From the human T2T-CHM13v2.0 reference genome, Homo sapiens, in assembly GCF_009914755.1 (NCBI RefSeq), contig NC_060930.1: a stretch of DNA of 64,000 bases; one strand, 5' to 3'. How positions within the stretch are numbered: position 1 is the first letter of the stretch; each line of letters begins with the position of its first letter. Below the pieces are notes generated by a model. It did no database searches. It had not been told where the DNA came from and saw only the letters and a program-made list of their open reading frames with translations. Positions 27,204 through 42,780 of the stretch are shown here, piece after piece. A program made the position numbers and the translations under genes.

Positions 27204-27512
27204 TTATTATTATTATTATTATTATTATATTTTGAGACTGGGTCTCACTATGTTGCCCAGGCTGAAGTACAGTGGCACAATCATGGCTCACTGCAGCCTC
27301 AACCCCCCAGCCCAAGTGATAATTCTGCCTCAGGCTCCTGAGTAGCTGAGACGACAGGTGCATGCCACCACACCCAGCTAATATTTAATTTTTTGTAGAG
27401 ATGGGTCTCACTGTGTTGCCCAGGCTGGTCTTGAACTCCTGGGCTCAAGCGATCCTCTTGTCTAAGCCTCCTGAAGTGCTGGGATTACAGGCATGAGCCA
27501 CTGCACCTGGCC
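27204..27512 (-). mobile_element. AluJ with (ATT)n tail
   Basis: Full dimer; J-type motifs (gggctcaagcgatcctc). Confidence 0.9.
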
Positions 27513-27949
27513 TAGGATTAACTATTTTAATAGGCATTTAGGAAGTAGAATGGGTAGATATGGGAATTCAGGGAGAATTAGGGGAAGGTGGATAGAAAAG
27601 AGGCTAAACTGATTTTCTTCTATAATCTTTGGAATCAAACGAAGAAGGGCAAATCCATTATTCTTCTCAGGAAAAGATTTTCTTTATCTTTAAACGTATA
27701 GGTAACATTAGCTATCTTCTACCTGATAAATTTGTTTTCTGTAAGTTTTGTACCTTTTTTTAAAAAAGAAATTATTTGTATCATAAAGGACCTAAATAAT
27801 ATACATGGCATGAATGTACATCTGCCCGTGAATGCTGAGTTTATTCTAGAAAATATCGCTTTGCACTCTTTGATTCTAGCTTGTGTTGCTGACCTCACTA
27901 GTATAATTATTGGCTGACTTTGTCTCTTTTTCCATTTCCTCCCAATCAG

Positions 27950-28076
27950 TTTGATAAAGGTTACTCTTACAACATCCGTCACAGCTTTGGAAAGGAAGGC
28001 AAGAGGACAGACTATACACCTTTCAGTTGCCTGAAGATTATTCTGTCCAATCCACCAAGCCAAGGGGATTATCATG
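27950..28076 (+). CDS. PRIM2: DNA primase large subunit p58, internal coding exon (probably exon 11; F341-H382 plus first base of G383)
   Basis: Pyrimidine tract ...tttcctcccaatcAG|TTTGAT and donor CATG|GTAAGT; 127 nt, phase 0 to 1. Translates [42 protein letters not shown], recognised as p58C with Y345, Y347 and Fe-S ligand C367. Confidence 0.97.
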
Positions 28077-28917
28077 GTAAGTGCCTCCACTGGATATGTT
28101 GGCCAAGTACAGAAATCCAAGAGCTCTGTTGGAAACACTGAAACAATGTTGTGGCTTTTTGCATTCCTGTCAGGACCTAGTTTGTATCTTATCTCAGTCG
28201 TCACTGTCAAGCTAGAGCTCCATTACTCTTAGAACAATTTGTCTTATTACTGAACTAGGTCAGGCAAGAGAAATTCATTCAGCTGCACTTCAGTTTGTGC
28301 TGGATTAGGCTTTTCAGTTCTCACTGTCTTCCTTCCCGCTGTTCTCTGTCTCCCTCATCTTCTGCAGTGTTCTGCGAGTGTCTTAGAGGGCGATGTAAGT
28401 TTTACAAAGCTTTTTGAAATTAGAATGTTCTAAGTTTGGAATAGTAGATTCATTAATTTTCCAAAGGCTAACTACTAAGGAAAAGTGTGAGGTTTTTTTC
28501 TTATCACCATCATCTGATTAACCAACAAAGATTAAGTGGGCAATTTAACATGTCGTGATATCTGCCATAACTATCAGTTTGCCTGAGTTATTTAAAAAGA
28601 AAAACAAAACATCTCATTTGTCTGGTATGTCCAAGAATGAATTAATAGTTTATATCAGTAAATTTTCTGGATTATCAAAGCTTACTACAGTATGTGTCAA
28701 AACTTATTTTTGTTTTAGAATCTTAAACACTTTTTAAAAGACTGCACACTTTTGGACTGCTAAAGATCAAATAATCATAAACAATATTTTTAGAAAGACA
28801 TTCTATGTGACCAAATCATTAAAAAATGCCTATACATTCATTAGTTAATAGATGAAGAAGTGGCCAGCACTCGTCATATAGATAGACAGATAAGATAGAT
28901 CTATATATAAACATAGA

Positions 28918-29220
<303 letters not shown>

Positions 29221-30885
29221 TGAGTGGTTTTTATCACTTATTTCAGAGTCCCTTGAGGTGCTTTTTTAGGAATGCAGATTCTCAGGGTGCACCCTCAGTC
29301 ATATAAAATCAGACTTTATTTGCAAGTACACTGGGTGAGTTTTATATCTTCTAAAGTTTGAAAACCATGGGTCCAGGTACTTCTGTTGAGGAAGCCTGAA
29401 GCCTTTTTTAGCCTAGCAGCCATACCAGGCAGTCAACTTATGATTAAGCTTGTGGCCAAGTAAAACTCCCAGGGATTTGTCTGCAAATTTCCAGGTTCTA
29501 GCATTTGTCTCTTAATTAGTTGGTTTTCATTAGCTTAAATGCAAAACTTTATTTCTGTTAAGTTGTATCTTGTTATCCCAGTGCTTTATGTTATTATTTT
29601 GTTTCTAAGTTCAACTCTGTCAGTCAAGAAATATTATACTTAGCACTCAATGAACTCATTATCTGTTGGAAACATTTACTTATTCTGTTTTTAAAAAGTA
29701 ATAAACTTAATTTTTTAGAGTTGTTTTAGGTTCACAGCAAAATCGTGTGGGAAGTTCAGAGTTCCCATATACCTCCACGCCCCAACACACGCACAACCTC
29801 CGTTGCTGTCAGTATCCCACACCACACTGGTACATGTGTTACAATTGATGAACCTACATTGACAAATCCTTATCATCCAAAGCCCATAGTTTACAAGAGT
29901 TCATTGTGTATTTTGCATAACAGTACTTTATCAGATTTGTCTTTTGCAAATGTTTTCTCCCCATCTGTGCTTCTGTTCTTTTCTCTCTTTTTTCACCTTT
30001 TGGGATTTCATTTACACGTTATACCTTTTATAGTTGTCCCATAGTTCTTAGGTATTGTATTTTGTTTTGTTTTGTTTTCGTCTTTTTTCTCTTTGCTTTT
30101 TAGTTTCAGAAGTTTCTGTTTGTCATATCTACAAGATCCAAGGATTTTCCCCAGTCATGTCCAATCTACTGATGAACCTATTGAAGACATTCTTCATTTC
30201 TGTTACAGTGTTTTTGATCGCTAGCATTTCTTTTTTGTTCTTAGAATTTTCATGTCTCTGCTAGCTGGTTATTCCGACACATTTATTGAATAGGAGTCCT
30301 TTCTTTCTCCATTGCCTATATTTATTGACTTTGTTGAAGGTCAGATAGTTGTAGGTATGCTGTCTTATTTCTGATTCTCTATTCTGTTTCATTAGTCTAT
30401 GTGTCGGTTTTTGTACCAGTACCATACTGTTTTGGTTACAATAGCCTTATAGTATAGTTTGGAGTTAGGTAGAGTGATGCCTCTGGCTTTGTTCCTTTTG
30501 CTTAGGATTGCTTTGGTCATTTAGACTCTTTTTTAGTTCCATATGAATTTTAGAATAGTTGTTTTCTTATTCTGTGAAAAATGACATTGGTAGTTTGATA
30601 GAAATAGCATTGAATCTGTACATTACTTAGGGTGGTATGGCCATTTTAATGACATTGATTCTTCCAATCCATGAGCATGGAATGTTTTCCTGTTTGTGTT
30701 GTCTCTGATTTCTTTCAGCAGCGTTTTGTAGTTCTTCTTGTAGAGATCTTTCACTTCCTTGCTTAGATGTATTCCTAAATATTTTATTTATTTATTTTTT
30801 GGTGGCTACTGTAAACAGAATTGTGTTTTTGATTTGGCTGTCAGCTTGAACATTGTTGGTATGTAGAAATGCTACTGATTTTTAA

Positions 30886-31146
30886 GGCTGGTTGTGGTGG
30901 ATCATGCCTGTAATCCCAGCACTTTGGGAGGTCAACACAGGTAGATCACTTGAGGTCAGGAGTTCAAGAGCAGCCTGGCCAACATGGTGAAACCTCATTT
31001 CTACTAAAATTAAAAAGCAAAACAAAAATTAGCCAGGCATGGTGGCGTGCACCTGTAATTCCAGCTATTCAGGAGGCAGAGGTTGCAGTTGGCTGAGATG
31101 GCACCACTCCACCAGGTGACAGAGTGAGACTCTGTCTCAAAAAAAA
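30886..31146 (+). mobile_element. AluS inside L1
   Basis: TSD agaaatgctactgattttt. Confidence 0.9.
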
Positions 31147-31470
31147 GAAATGCTACTGATTTTTGTATATTAATTTTGTATCCTGAAACTTTGCTGAAGT
31201 CATTGATTAATTCCAGGAGACTTTTTGGTGCATTCTTTAGGGTTTTCTAGGTATAGAATCATATCATCAGCAAAGAAAGATAGTTTGACTTCTTTTCCTA
31301 TTTGGATGGCTTTTATTTCTTTCTTTTGCCTGATTGCTCTGGGTAGGACTCCCAGTAGTATTTTGAGTAAGAGTGGTGAGAGTGGGCATCCTTGTCTTGT
31401 TCCCATTCTCAAGGGGAATGGTTTGAGCTTTGGCCCATTCAGTATGATGTTGGCTGTGGGTTTCTCTTAG

Positions 31471-31850
<380 letters not shown>

Positions 31851-33235
31851 AGGATATTGGATTTTATTGAAAGTTTTTTCTATTGAGATAATATGGTTTT
31901 TGTTTTTAATTCTGTTTATGTGGTGAATCACTTTTATTGATTTGCATATGTTGAGTCAGACTTGCATCCCAGAAATAAAGCCTATTTGATCATGGTGAAT
32001 TAGCTTTTTGATGTGCTGCTGGATTCAGTTTGCTAGTATTTTGTTGAGGATTTTTGATTCTATGGTCATCAGAGATATTGGCCAGAAGTTTTCTTTTTTT
32101 CATTGTGTCTCGGCCGGAGTTTGGTATCAGGGTGATGCTGGCTTCATAAATTGAGTTAATGGGGGGAGTCCCCCCTCCTCAGTTTTTTGGAATAGTTTTG
32201 GTAGGATTGGTACCAATTCTTCTTTGTACATCTGGTAGAATTTGGCTGTGAATCTACCTGGTCCAGGGCTTTTTCTGGTTGATAGGTTTTTTATTCCAGA
32301 TTCAATTTCAGACCTCATTATTGGTCTGTTCAGATTTTCACTTTCTTCCTGTTTCAGTCTTGGAAGGTTGTGTGTTTCCTGGAACTTAGTCATTTCCTCT
32401 AGATTTTCTAATTTGTGAAAAATGCACAATTATTAACTTACAAATCTGTCATCTGTATGACTGAAAAAAAAGACTTTTCTATATTAAATTTTTAATAAGC
32501 ATTTTGACTTACCATTGCAGTTTATTAAAATATCTAAAATTTTCTAGATTTTGTCCTAAAACAGCTTTTGTATTTCAAATTCTTCTGTATTCTTATTTAT
32601 GTGAATATTTCTAGTGGTCTTTCATTTTTTTCATGAAATAACATAGAGATGACACATATCCACCGTAAGTTGTTTTTCTATGAAATAGTTTATTTTTTCA
32701 TCTCATTTCCATCCATGATTCTTTTACATTTTCATAGATTCTACGCTTTAGGAAATAGGCATATAATTTACATTTGAAAATGATGTTGAATTTTTTTCTT
32801 TCTCAGAGTTTGCATGTTTTTCATTTTGTTTATCTATCTTCCTTCTCTCATATGCCTTTTATATAATTTTTAGACTAGAATATAAGAAGATTGTATAAAG
32901 TTTTAAAATAAACTATTATGCGGCTATTTTGTGATTATTTGTGCTTGTTAGCAAGGAGCATAATTAAAGCTGTCTTCCTGTTGAATGGACATCTTAGCCT
33001 GAGAATGCTGCAATGTTTTATGTAACTCTTGAGCCTGGAGTGCCCTGATAACCATACAGCTAAGTAATCATTTAGATAAAAAGAGGAAAGCAGTTGCACC
33101 CATGGGCAATTACCTTTTTTTATTAATAAGCTGTTAGACAATTAAGGGGAGCTTAGATGGTCTCTCGAGTGTGGTGTTGTACTAAGTTGTGGATAAATAA
33201 CCTTGTTTGTGTGCTGGCTTATTTTTTGTTGTCAG

Positions 33236-33318
33236 GGTGCCCATTCCGTCACAGTGATCCAGAGCTGCTGAAGCAAAAGTTGCAGTCATACAAGATCTCT
33301 CCTGGAGGGATAAGCCAG
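33236..33318 (+). CDS. PRIM2: p58 internal coding exon (probably exon 12; G383-Q410)
   Basis: ttttttgttgtcAG|GGTGC ... CAG|GTAGGT; 83 nt, phase 1 to 0, joins the previous exon in frame. Translates (G)[27 protein letters not shown], containing C384. Confidence 0.97.
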
Positions 33319-35310
33319 GTAGGTCATATTCTTCTCTCTGCATCTGCAGTAACGAGGCCTTAGATAGATCTCTCGGTTTTATTTAATGTTCTTGCAGTGA
33401 TGCTGTGTACTACTTGTCAGGCCTCACACCAGACATCTTATCTTCAAGATGAATTAAGTTAAAACCTTGACTTATCTGGTTTAGACTCTTGGGAAATTCT
33501 AGTTCTTCTGTCTGCTAAGCTGCATTTTTATTTTTCCTAGTCATAAAGGAAGCTGGAAACCTTCCCCCACACCTCAGTTTGTTTTACTATCTCAATTGAG
33601 GACTACATCTTTAAAAATAAAATTTTTGAGCAATGCATGGAAGCTTATTAATGAAGCCGAAAATTAATGACAGCATATTTCATTTTGGGAAATTGTTTTC
33701 TGAGCAGATGATAATGTGGTACACACTGGCTGAATGTTCTGATAGGCATCAGTTATTGCTGTGTTTAATCTACACTTCTGATGGTAGATCAAATAGTTTG
33801 TCAAAATACTTTGTCTTATGGACAATGGAAATGCTCAGATTGTAAAACCAAATGTTAAACAGTACATTTTTTAGTAAGTCTACCTTTAAAAAATTAATAT
33901 TGTGACATAGCAAAGACTATTTTCTATAGTGTGCTTTCAAGTTGACTGGAATTTTGAAGGAATAGGGGAAGAGCTTCTGCTTCCTTAGCTTAAAAAGAAC
34001 ATTATATATTTTAGAGTTAGACCATCTAAATCATCATACATCTTTAAATTGTTATTTTTATTTAAAGAAAATTGTTACTCTAGACAACTTTACGGCTGCT
34101 TCTGTGTCCAAAGTTCAGATAACAAATCTTACATAGTTTTTTAGTACTTTGAGCAAAGCAGTGTTCAAGGTGCCATAGAGTATGCAAGGAAGAATCAGAT
34201 ATAAATCCTGCTACCACAAAACCAGTGTCTGAAAAAAAAAACATAAACCAAGTGTCATGAGAGGTACACATAGACTGTCTTGGGTCTTCTGATGAGGGAA
34301 AGACTATAACCAGCTGAAGAGGTCAAGGAACCCTTTATGGAAGAGATGCCCTTTGAATTAGGCCTTGCACAAAGGTTGGGAATTAGGGAGAGAGAATGCA
34401 CAAATGAAAGACTATAGGAGTATTAAGATTTCAAGCTTAGGATAATGGTGGCACCAATACATAAATACTAATAGGTAACTTAAAGGAAGTATAGTTGGTT
34501 TCGGTTTGAGTGACTTAATTTTAGTGGTTATAAACTGCTGCTAACATATTTGATAAGGAATCTAGAAATAAAGAATTAGTGGCTTTTTTTTAAGCAATCA
34601 TAAAGGATCACCTTTTTGAAAACAATACAAGTTCTTAACGTATCTATGTTAACATATTATGTCTGCATTTAAATGGTATTAATGTGGATTTAGGGCATTA
34701 GATAATTTAGGACTAGAAATCTGATGGTCTTTTCAGTTAGAATTGTAGCATAGGTAGAAAGCCATTCTCTTTTTTGGAGTCCTAGGATGTGACATGCCAT
34801 GGTGCATAGGTAGGAAGTCAGTGGTAGAACCAAAAATTGAAGCCAGGCTTTCTGACTCTTAAGATTTTTTTTTTTTTCCCTGAACTCCACTCTACTTTAG
34901 AGCTTATTGTCATGAGTTTGCTGGAGGGAGAGAAGAGGTAGGGAGTCAAAAGCTGTGTTTGAAAATGTAATCTTGGCTAATCCTTCTCTTTGTCAAGCAT
35001 TAAAAGGAGGTGGGATCAATGAAGACTGAACAGAAATGGGGAGAGAGAGAGAAAATACATTAAGGTAGTGAAGTATCACAAAAGTCAAGGAGAAAATTTT
35101 GAGAAGAGAATAAGTTCCACGGAGTCCCTTGTAGCAGAGATTTCTTTTCATGGAGAGAACTAAGAAAAGGTGGTTGGATATGCTGAGAGGATTATTTTAC
35201 TTTGACTTGGGTGAGGTGTCAGTAAAATGGTGGAAACCAAAAGCAAGATTATACTTGCTTAAAAAATTAATGAAAGACAGTAAATAACCTTTTCAAAAAA
35301 AATGTGTCAG

Positions 35311-35593
35311 GCCAGGTGCAGTGGCTTGTACCTGTAATGCTAGCACTTAGTAGGGAGGCTGAGGCAGGCAGATTGCTGAGCCCAGGCATTCAAGACCAGC
35401 CTGGGAAACATGGCAAAAACCTGTCTCTACAAAAAATTAGCAGGTGTGGTGGCATGCAACTGTAGCCTCAGCTACTCAGGAGGCAGAGGTGGAAGCCCAA
35501 GAAGTTGAGGCTCCAGGAAGCCGTGATCATGCCACTGCACTCCAGCATTGGCAATGGAGTGAGACCCTGTCTCAAGAAAAAAAAAAAAAAAAA
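35311..35593 (+). mobile_element. AluJ
   Basis: Dimer with A tail; flanks aaaaaatgtgtcag/aaaaaagtgccag. Confidence 0.88.
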
Positions 35594-36929
35594 GTGCCAG
35601 TAAAGGGGATGCTAGAGTGGTATTAGCTTAAGCATCATAGGATTGTTCATTTCCTGGTTTAAGACCTGAGCCTATCTGTAGAAAGAGGAGGAGAAGAAAG
35701 AACTGTCAGAGAGGGTGGGCTTGATGAAGATATAAAAGAAAGAAAATATCTCTCTAACCAAGCAGAATTAAGTTCTCTTTCCTTTATACCATGACTCGAT
35801 TGTACATGCCTTTGCTCTTAACATTTGTTACACTTGATTGTAATTATTTGTTTACCTGTTCATCTTTCCCAATAGTTTGTGAGTTTCCTGAAAGGAGGAC
35901 TGGATTTTTACTTAACTTTCTGTCTCATAGTAATCCAATGAGTTACACTTGTTAGGTGCTTTAAAAATGTTGGAAGAGTGAATGGGCATATTTAGGTATG
36001 AGGTGGATCCTAGAGTATGCATGGTGGTATGCAGAGAGAGGCAAATAGGAACTCAAAGACAAAAGTGAAAAAGTAACTTATTGGAGGAAGGACGATATGT
36101 ACTTGAACCAAAGAATGGTGACAGAGAAAGGCATACCCCTCAGCAATGTGGGAACATAGAGGAAATAGCTAAGACACAGCAAAGGGAAGTTGATGGAGTG
36201 TATCAACTGGTCTTACTCTTCCTTGTAAATAAAGTAAGGTCATCAGCTGGAGAGTAAAGGGGTTATGAATGATATTCTGGTTATAGAAAAGGTTAGAAAC
36301 TACCACCAACAAATGTGATAGGGAATCTAGAAGAAATTAGAGGCATTTTTTAGCAGTCATAAAGAATCACCTTTAAAAAAATAATCTTAATATACTAACA
36401 TTATCTCAAGAAAATTAATGTTTATAGTTAATAGTAATGACCATGTTTGTATACTCTTTGCTTTTGACTCCACTGTATTTCTCCGTTTGCCCTTGATCCA
36501 TAAGTATACTCCTTACTTAGCTGAAGCTGGTTAGTAATTTTCACATTACCCTTTAGACCTGCATTGTAACCTTTTATCTGAGATGAACACAGATGTATAG
36601 TGCATGCCAGCAAGCTGTAAATAATATCTTGCTTTTATTTGATGTCTTTATTGAGTGGATCTCACTAGAGTGAGGCAGCTGGTGGACTGTATTCTAAAGG
36701 GCAGAGAGTTAATGGATGAAAATTCCATGTAAAACATTTTGATAAGGTTGAATTTTGCAGGTTGGCCTAAGTGCAGATTAGATCTTGAAAACTCCAAGCG
36801 TACATTAAAATATTGAATGAGAGTTAAGAAAAACATCATTAAAATGTATGTAAGGTAGAACTCCATGTGGTTATTTTTATCTCAGAGAAAACTACTTGAA
36901 AAAGATACCTTCAACTATAGGAAATCGAT

Positions 36930-37228
<299 letters not shown>

Positions 37229-37359
37229 AAGAAATAGATATTTTAAGTAATCAAAATGTTGGTGATCAGAAAAGAGATCATTGTGACTCAGCTGGTGTTG
37301 CTGATTTTTTTTATAAAGCATACTTACAGGATCACATTTCATTTTCCTTTTTAATTAAC

Positions 37360-39630
37360 CTTAATATGTTACAAAATCACTGAAAATTAATGAGCTTGGT
37401 ATCCAGCTTAAGAAACAGCAATTAAACAACAGAATATGGCCAAAGAAAATGGGTACCCCTGCATTTATTCTCCTCTCCTCCCCGAAAAGAGAAATACACA
37501 GCAGTCAATTCACCAACACGATATAAAAATTATAAATATTTATGCCCCAACAACATAGCTTCAAAATACATGAATTAATAATAGAGAACTGAAAAGAGAA
37601 CTAGACAAATCCACAGTTATATTTGGAGACTTCAGCACTCCTCTTAATAATTAACAGAAGAAGCAGGCAGAAAGTCAGGAAGGATATAGAAGCCTTGAAC
37701 AATACTGTCAACCAACTTTACCTAATTAACATCTGTAGAACATGTTACCCAACAACAGGAGACATGAAATAGTAACCCAGGTAGATCATAGTCTAGGTCT
37801 TTAAAATCCATTACAAATGTAAATAATTTGAAATCCTATAAAGTAGGATTTAAAGCAGAGCAATAAAGCAAGAAAAACAAAAGATTGGAAAAGAAGAAAG
37901 AAAACCTTTTTCTATTCTCAAAGTGATTATCAATGTAAAAAATCTCAAAGAACCTAGCAAGATGCTACTGTAACTAGTAGGTCGAAGGATACTAACTCAA
38001 TATACAAAAATCAATTCTATTTCTATTTCTTACAGTGAACAATTGGAAATTAAACATTTCAAAAAGTATTAGTTTGCTGCAAACATAATTGTGGCTTTTA
38101 CTGCAAATACTTTTGTAGCAACCTAATACCATATACAGCAGTACCAGAAATCCAAAATATACATAAGATCTTTATATGAAAGACTGATGAAAATGAAAAA
38201 CAAAGTGGAGACACATGTTTCCTGATTTCAAAACTTACTGAAAACTGTTGTAATTAAGATGGTGTGGTATTAGGGAAATGATGAAGACAGATTAATTGGA
38301 CAGAATAGCGTTCAGAAATAGACCCACATATATATGGGCAACGGATTTTTAAACAAAGGTGCCAGGGCAATTTAATAAGGAAATGGTAATGTGGAGTTCC
38401 AGAACAAGTCCAGAGTTCTAGAACAAGTAGATCTAGAACAATTGGATATCTAAATGCAAAAATCCTAGACATATACCTCCAAGCTTATATAAAAATTATT
38501 TAAAAATGGATTATAGAACTAAGTAACTGTAAAATGTGAAACTTACAAAAGAAAACAGCATATCTGCAGGACCTTGGGTTTGGTGTGTTCCCTGAAAGAA
38601 AATAGTGATAAATTAGACTTTACCAAAATTAAAAATTTTGCTCTGCAAAAGACAGCTTTAAGAGAACAAGATAAGCCACAGACTGGAAGAAAATATTTGC
38701 AAATCATAAATTTCATAAAAGATGTGAATCCAAAAGATATAAAGAACTCTCAAAACTCAGTAATTAGAAAACAGTTTTTTAAACAGGCAAAACATTTGAG
38801 TAGACAGTTCACCAAAGAAAAAGTGTGAATGGTAAATATAAGCACATGAAAAAATATAGCTCATTAGTGAAATGAAATTTAAAACTACAATGAATACCAT
38901 GATATGCCAAATAGAATTGGTCTAATTTAAAAAAATCTAGCAATACTAAGTGCTAGTGAGGATGCAGAGTGACTGAAAGTCTCATACAATAGTGGAGGAA
39001 ATGCAAGTCATAGAGTCACTTTGAAAAGGAGTGTGGCAATTTCTTATAAAGTGAAGCTTACACATGCTATGTGACACAGTGATACCTGTAACTAGTATTT
39101 ATAGAATTGAAATAAAAGCATAAGTCCACATAAAAATCTGTTCCTAAGTGTTTATAGTGTAGGCATTATTGATAATTGCCAAAAACTAGAAACAACCCAG
39201 ATGTTCTTCAGTGTGTGATTGGATAAACAAATTGTGGTATAGTCATACAATGGAATATTACCTGTCAATAGAAAGGAATAAATTACTGGTATACCCATTA
39301 ACATGTAAGGTTCTCAAATACATTATACCAAGTGAAAGAAGTCAGACTCAAAAGCACTATAGTGTATAATTCTATTTGTATGACAAATCTGTAGGTACAG
39401 AGTGATTGCTGGGAGCAGGAGAGGTGTTATAAAGGACAAGGGAAATATTTTTGGGTAATGGGAATGATCTGTGTTGATTGCAGGGTAATATCAAAACTGA
39501 ATTTGTCAAATGTTGCAGAACTATGATAAAAGGAAATATATTTTATTTAAAAACTTTTACTTTTTTAGAAAAAACTTAGTCCCTGAGTAAAAAGGGGATA
39601 TATTTTACTGTGTGGAAATTATACCTTAAT
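37360..39630 (+). mobile_element. Old fragmented L1M
   Basis: tataaatatttatgcccca; ttggagacttcagcactcc; cagaaatagacccacatatatatgg; ggataaacaaattgtggtat. Confidence 0.75.
38069..38126. mobile_element. MADE1-like mariner MITE, internally deleted
   Basis: TA-ttagtttgctgcaaacataattg ... caaatacttttgtagcaacctaa-TA; degenerate Hsmar1 TIRs with a TA TSD. Confidence 0.75.
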
Positions 39631-39654
39631 TTTTTTCTTTTTTTTCTTTTCGCC

Positions 39655-39946
39655 TTTTTTTTTTTTTTTTTAAATAGACAGGGTCTTGCTCTGTCACGCA
39701 GGCTGGAGTGCAGTAGTGTGATCATATCTTATTGCAACCTCAAACTCCTGGGTCTAAGTGATCCTCTTGCCTCAGTCTCCTAAGTAGCTGAGGTTACAGC
39801 TGCACATCACCATGCCCAGCTAATTTTTTACTTTTTTGTAGAGATAGAGGTCTTGCTGTGTTGCCTAGGCTGGTCTTGAACTCATGGCTCAAGCAGTCCT
39901 GTCACCTTGGCCTCCCAAAGTGCTGGGATTATAGACATGAACCACT
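39655..39946 (-). mobile_element. AluJ
   Basis: Dimer with poly-T. Confidence 0.88.
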
Positions 39947-40420
39947 TAATTTCTTTTTTTTAATGGGGGGAGAAAGAAAGGGTAGATGGTAAGTAGCATA
40001 ATGAGCCAAAATATTTACTTTTCATAGTAAAAATGCAGTGGATTAAGTTTATATCAGGAACTTAAAGTATAAACATATAATTTAGAGTGACATAGACAAC
40101 ATCCTATGTAATAAAAAATGGAAATGGTTAAAGTAATTGCCTCTTGGGAACTAACCAAGCAGTGGGAAGAAATGTGATATGAGAACTGTTGATTTTAATA
40201 ATAAGCCATAATGTACTTCAGTTTTTTTCCTTGGATACATTACTTTGATTAAAAGTTAGAAAGAAAGTATAATGTTATTAATGAAGTTTAAGTTAAATGG
40301 TCATGTGCCTAATGGATAGATGGTAATAGCAGTAGTACTAGATGACTGCAAGGTCTTTGGGTATGAAATTCTAACCCTTATCCCTCTGAGCTCCAAGTAC
40401 CTAGCATAGTATCTGATCCA

Positions 40421-41325
<905 letters not shown>

Positions 41326-41430
41326 GAATACATAGCTGATGACCAGTGAATAATATATAGATATACAATCTATATTGGCCATTTCTTATTGGCACCTCAG
41401 CTTTTTCTCCTTAAAATATTGGTGTACGTT

Positions 41431-41779
<349 letters not shown>

Positions 41780-41999
41780 TCAAAATTGGCAGTGAGTTAA
41801 AAAATCCTTTCAATGTTTTGTTAGTTTGGGTATTGTATCTATCTATCAATAGTTTCTGCCTAAGTTAGATGTCTGAAGTTTCTAATTATTCTAAAAACAC
41901 TTTTGTTTTTTAGCTTTTATTTTCCACTTCAGCTTTTCCTTTAAAAACCTGCAATTTTGTGATAGAAATATTTATATTTTGAGATACAGAAATTTTAGA

Positions 42000-42780
42000 G
42001 CTGGGTGCGGTGGCTCATGCCTGAATCCCAGCACTTTGGGAAGCCAAGACCTATGGGTTGCTTGAGCCCAGGAGTTCGAGACCAGCCTGGGTAACTTGGC
42101 AAAACCCAGTCTCTACAAAAAAATACAAAAATTAGCCAGGCGTCGAGGCATGCACCTGTAGTGTCAGCTATGCAGGAGGCTGAGGTGGGAGGATTGCTGG
42201 ATTGCTTGAGCCCATGGGGACTGAGTGAGCCATGATCATGCCACTGCACTCCAGCCTGGGCCACAGAGTGAGATTCTGTCTCAAAAAAAAAAAAAAAAAA
42301 TTGAGAATATGTGTTCAGAATATTGACAGTAAAATCTCTCATTGGCTTTAAATGGTTTGTTTCTCAGAAGAAGTTTTTTCTATTGTGGAAAGATGCATAT
42401 GAAATTTTCAAATTGTACTTTGTTTCATGGACTTATAATGGTGTGCTATGTCCTATTTTAATAGAAAAATTGGGGCTGGCCACAGTGGCTCACGCCTGTA
42501 ATCCCAGCACTTTGGAAGGCGGAGGTGAGAGGATTGCTTGAAGCCAGGAGTTGGAGACCACCCTGGGCAACATAGGTAGACCCTGCCTTTAAAAAAGTAA
42601 TAAAAATAACAGTTGTGGTGATGCACACCTGTAGTTCTAGCTGTTTGGGAGGCTGAAGCAGGAAGCTCGCTTGAGCCTAGTAATTGTTACAGTGAGCTAT
42701 AATTGTGCCACTGTACTCCATCCTGGAAGATACAGCAAGACTCCATCTCTCCAAAAATTAACAAACAATAAATACATAAA
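42000..42780 (+). mobile_element. Two AluJ copies (42000-42300, 42474-42780)
   Basis: Both are dimers with J-type motifs. Confidence 0.85.

Noticed and set aside
27719-28210. 163-aa antisense ORF spanning the first PRIM2 exon
   Set aside because: Non-ATG start, no recognisable domain and no promoter evidence; best explained as a shadow ORF of the exon.
38394-38441. Triplicated (c/t)agaacaa motif
   Set aside because: Small slippage duplication inside an old L1; no evidence of function.
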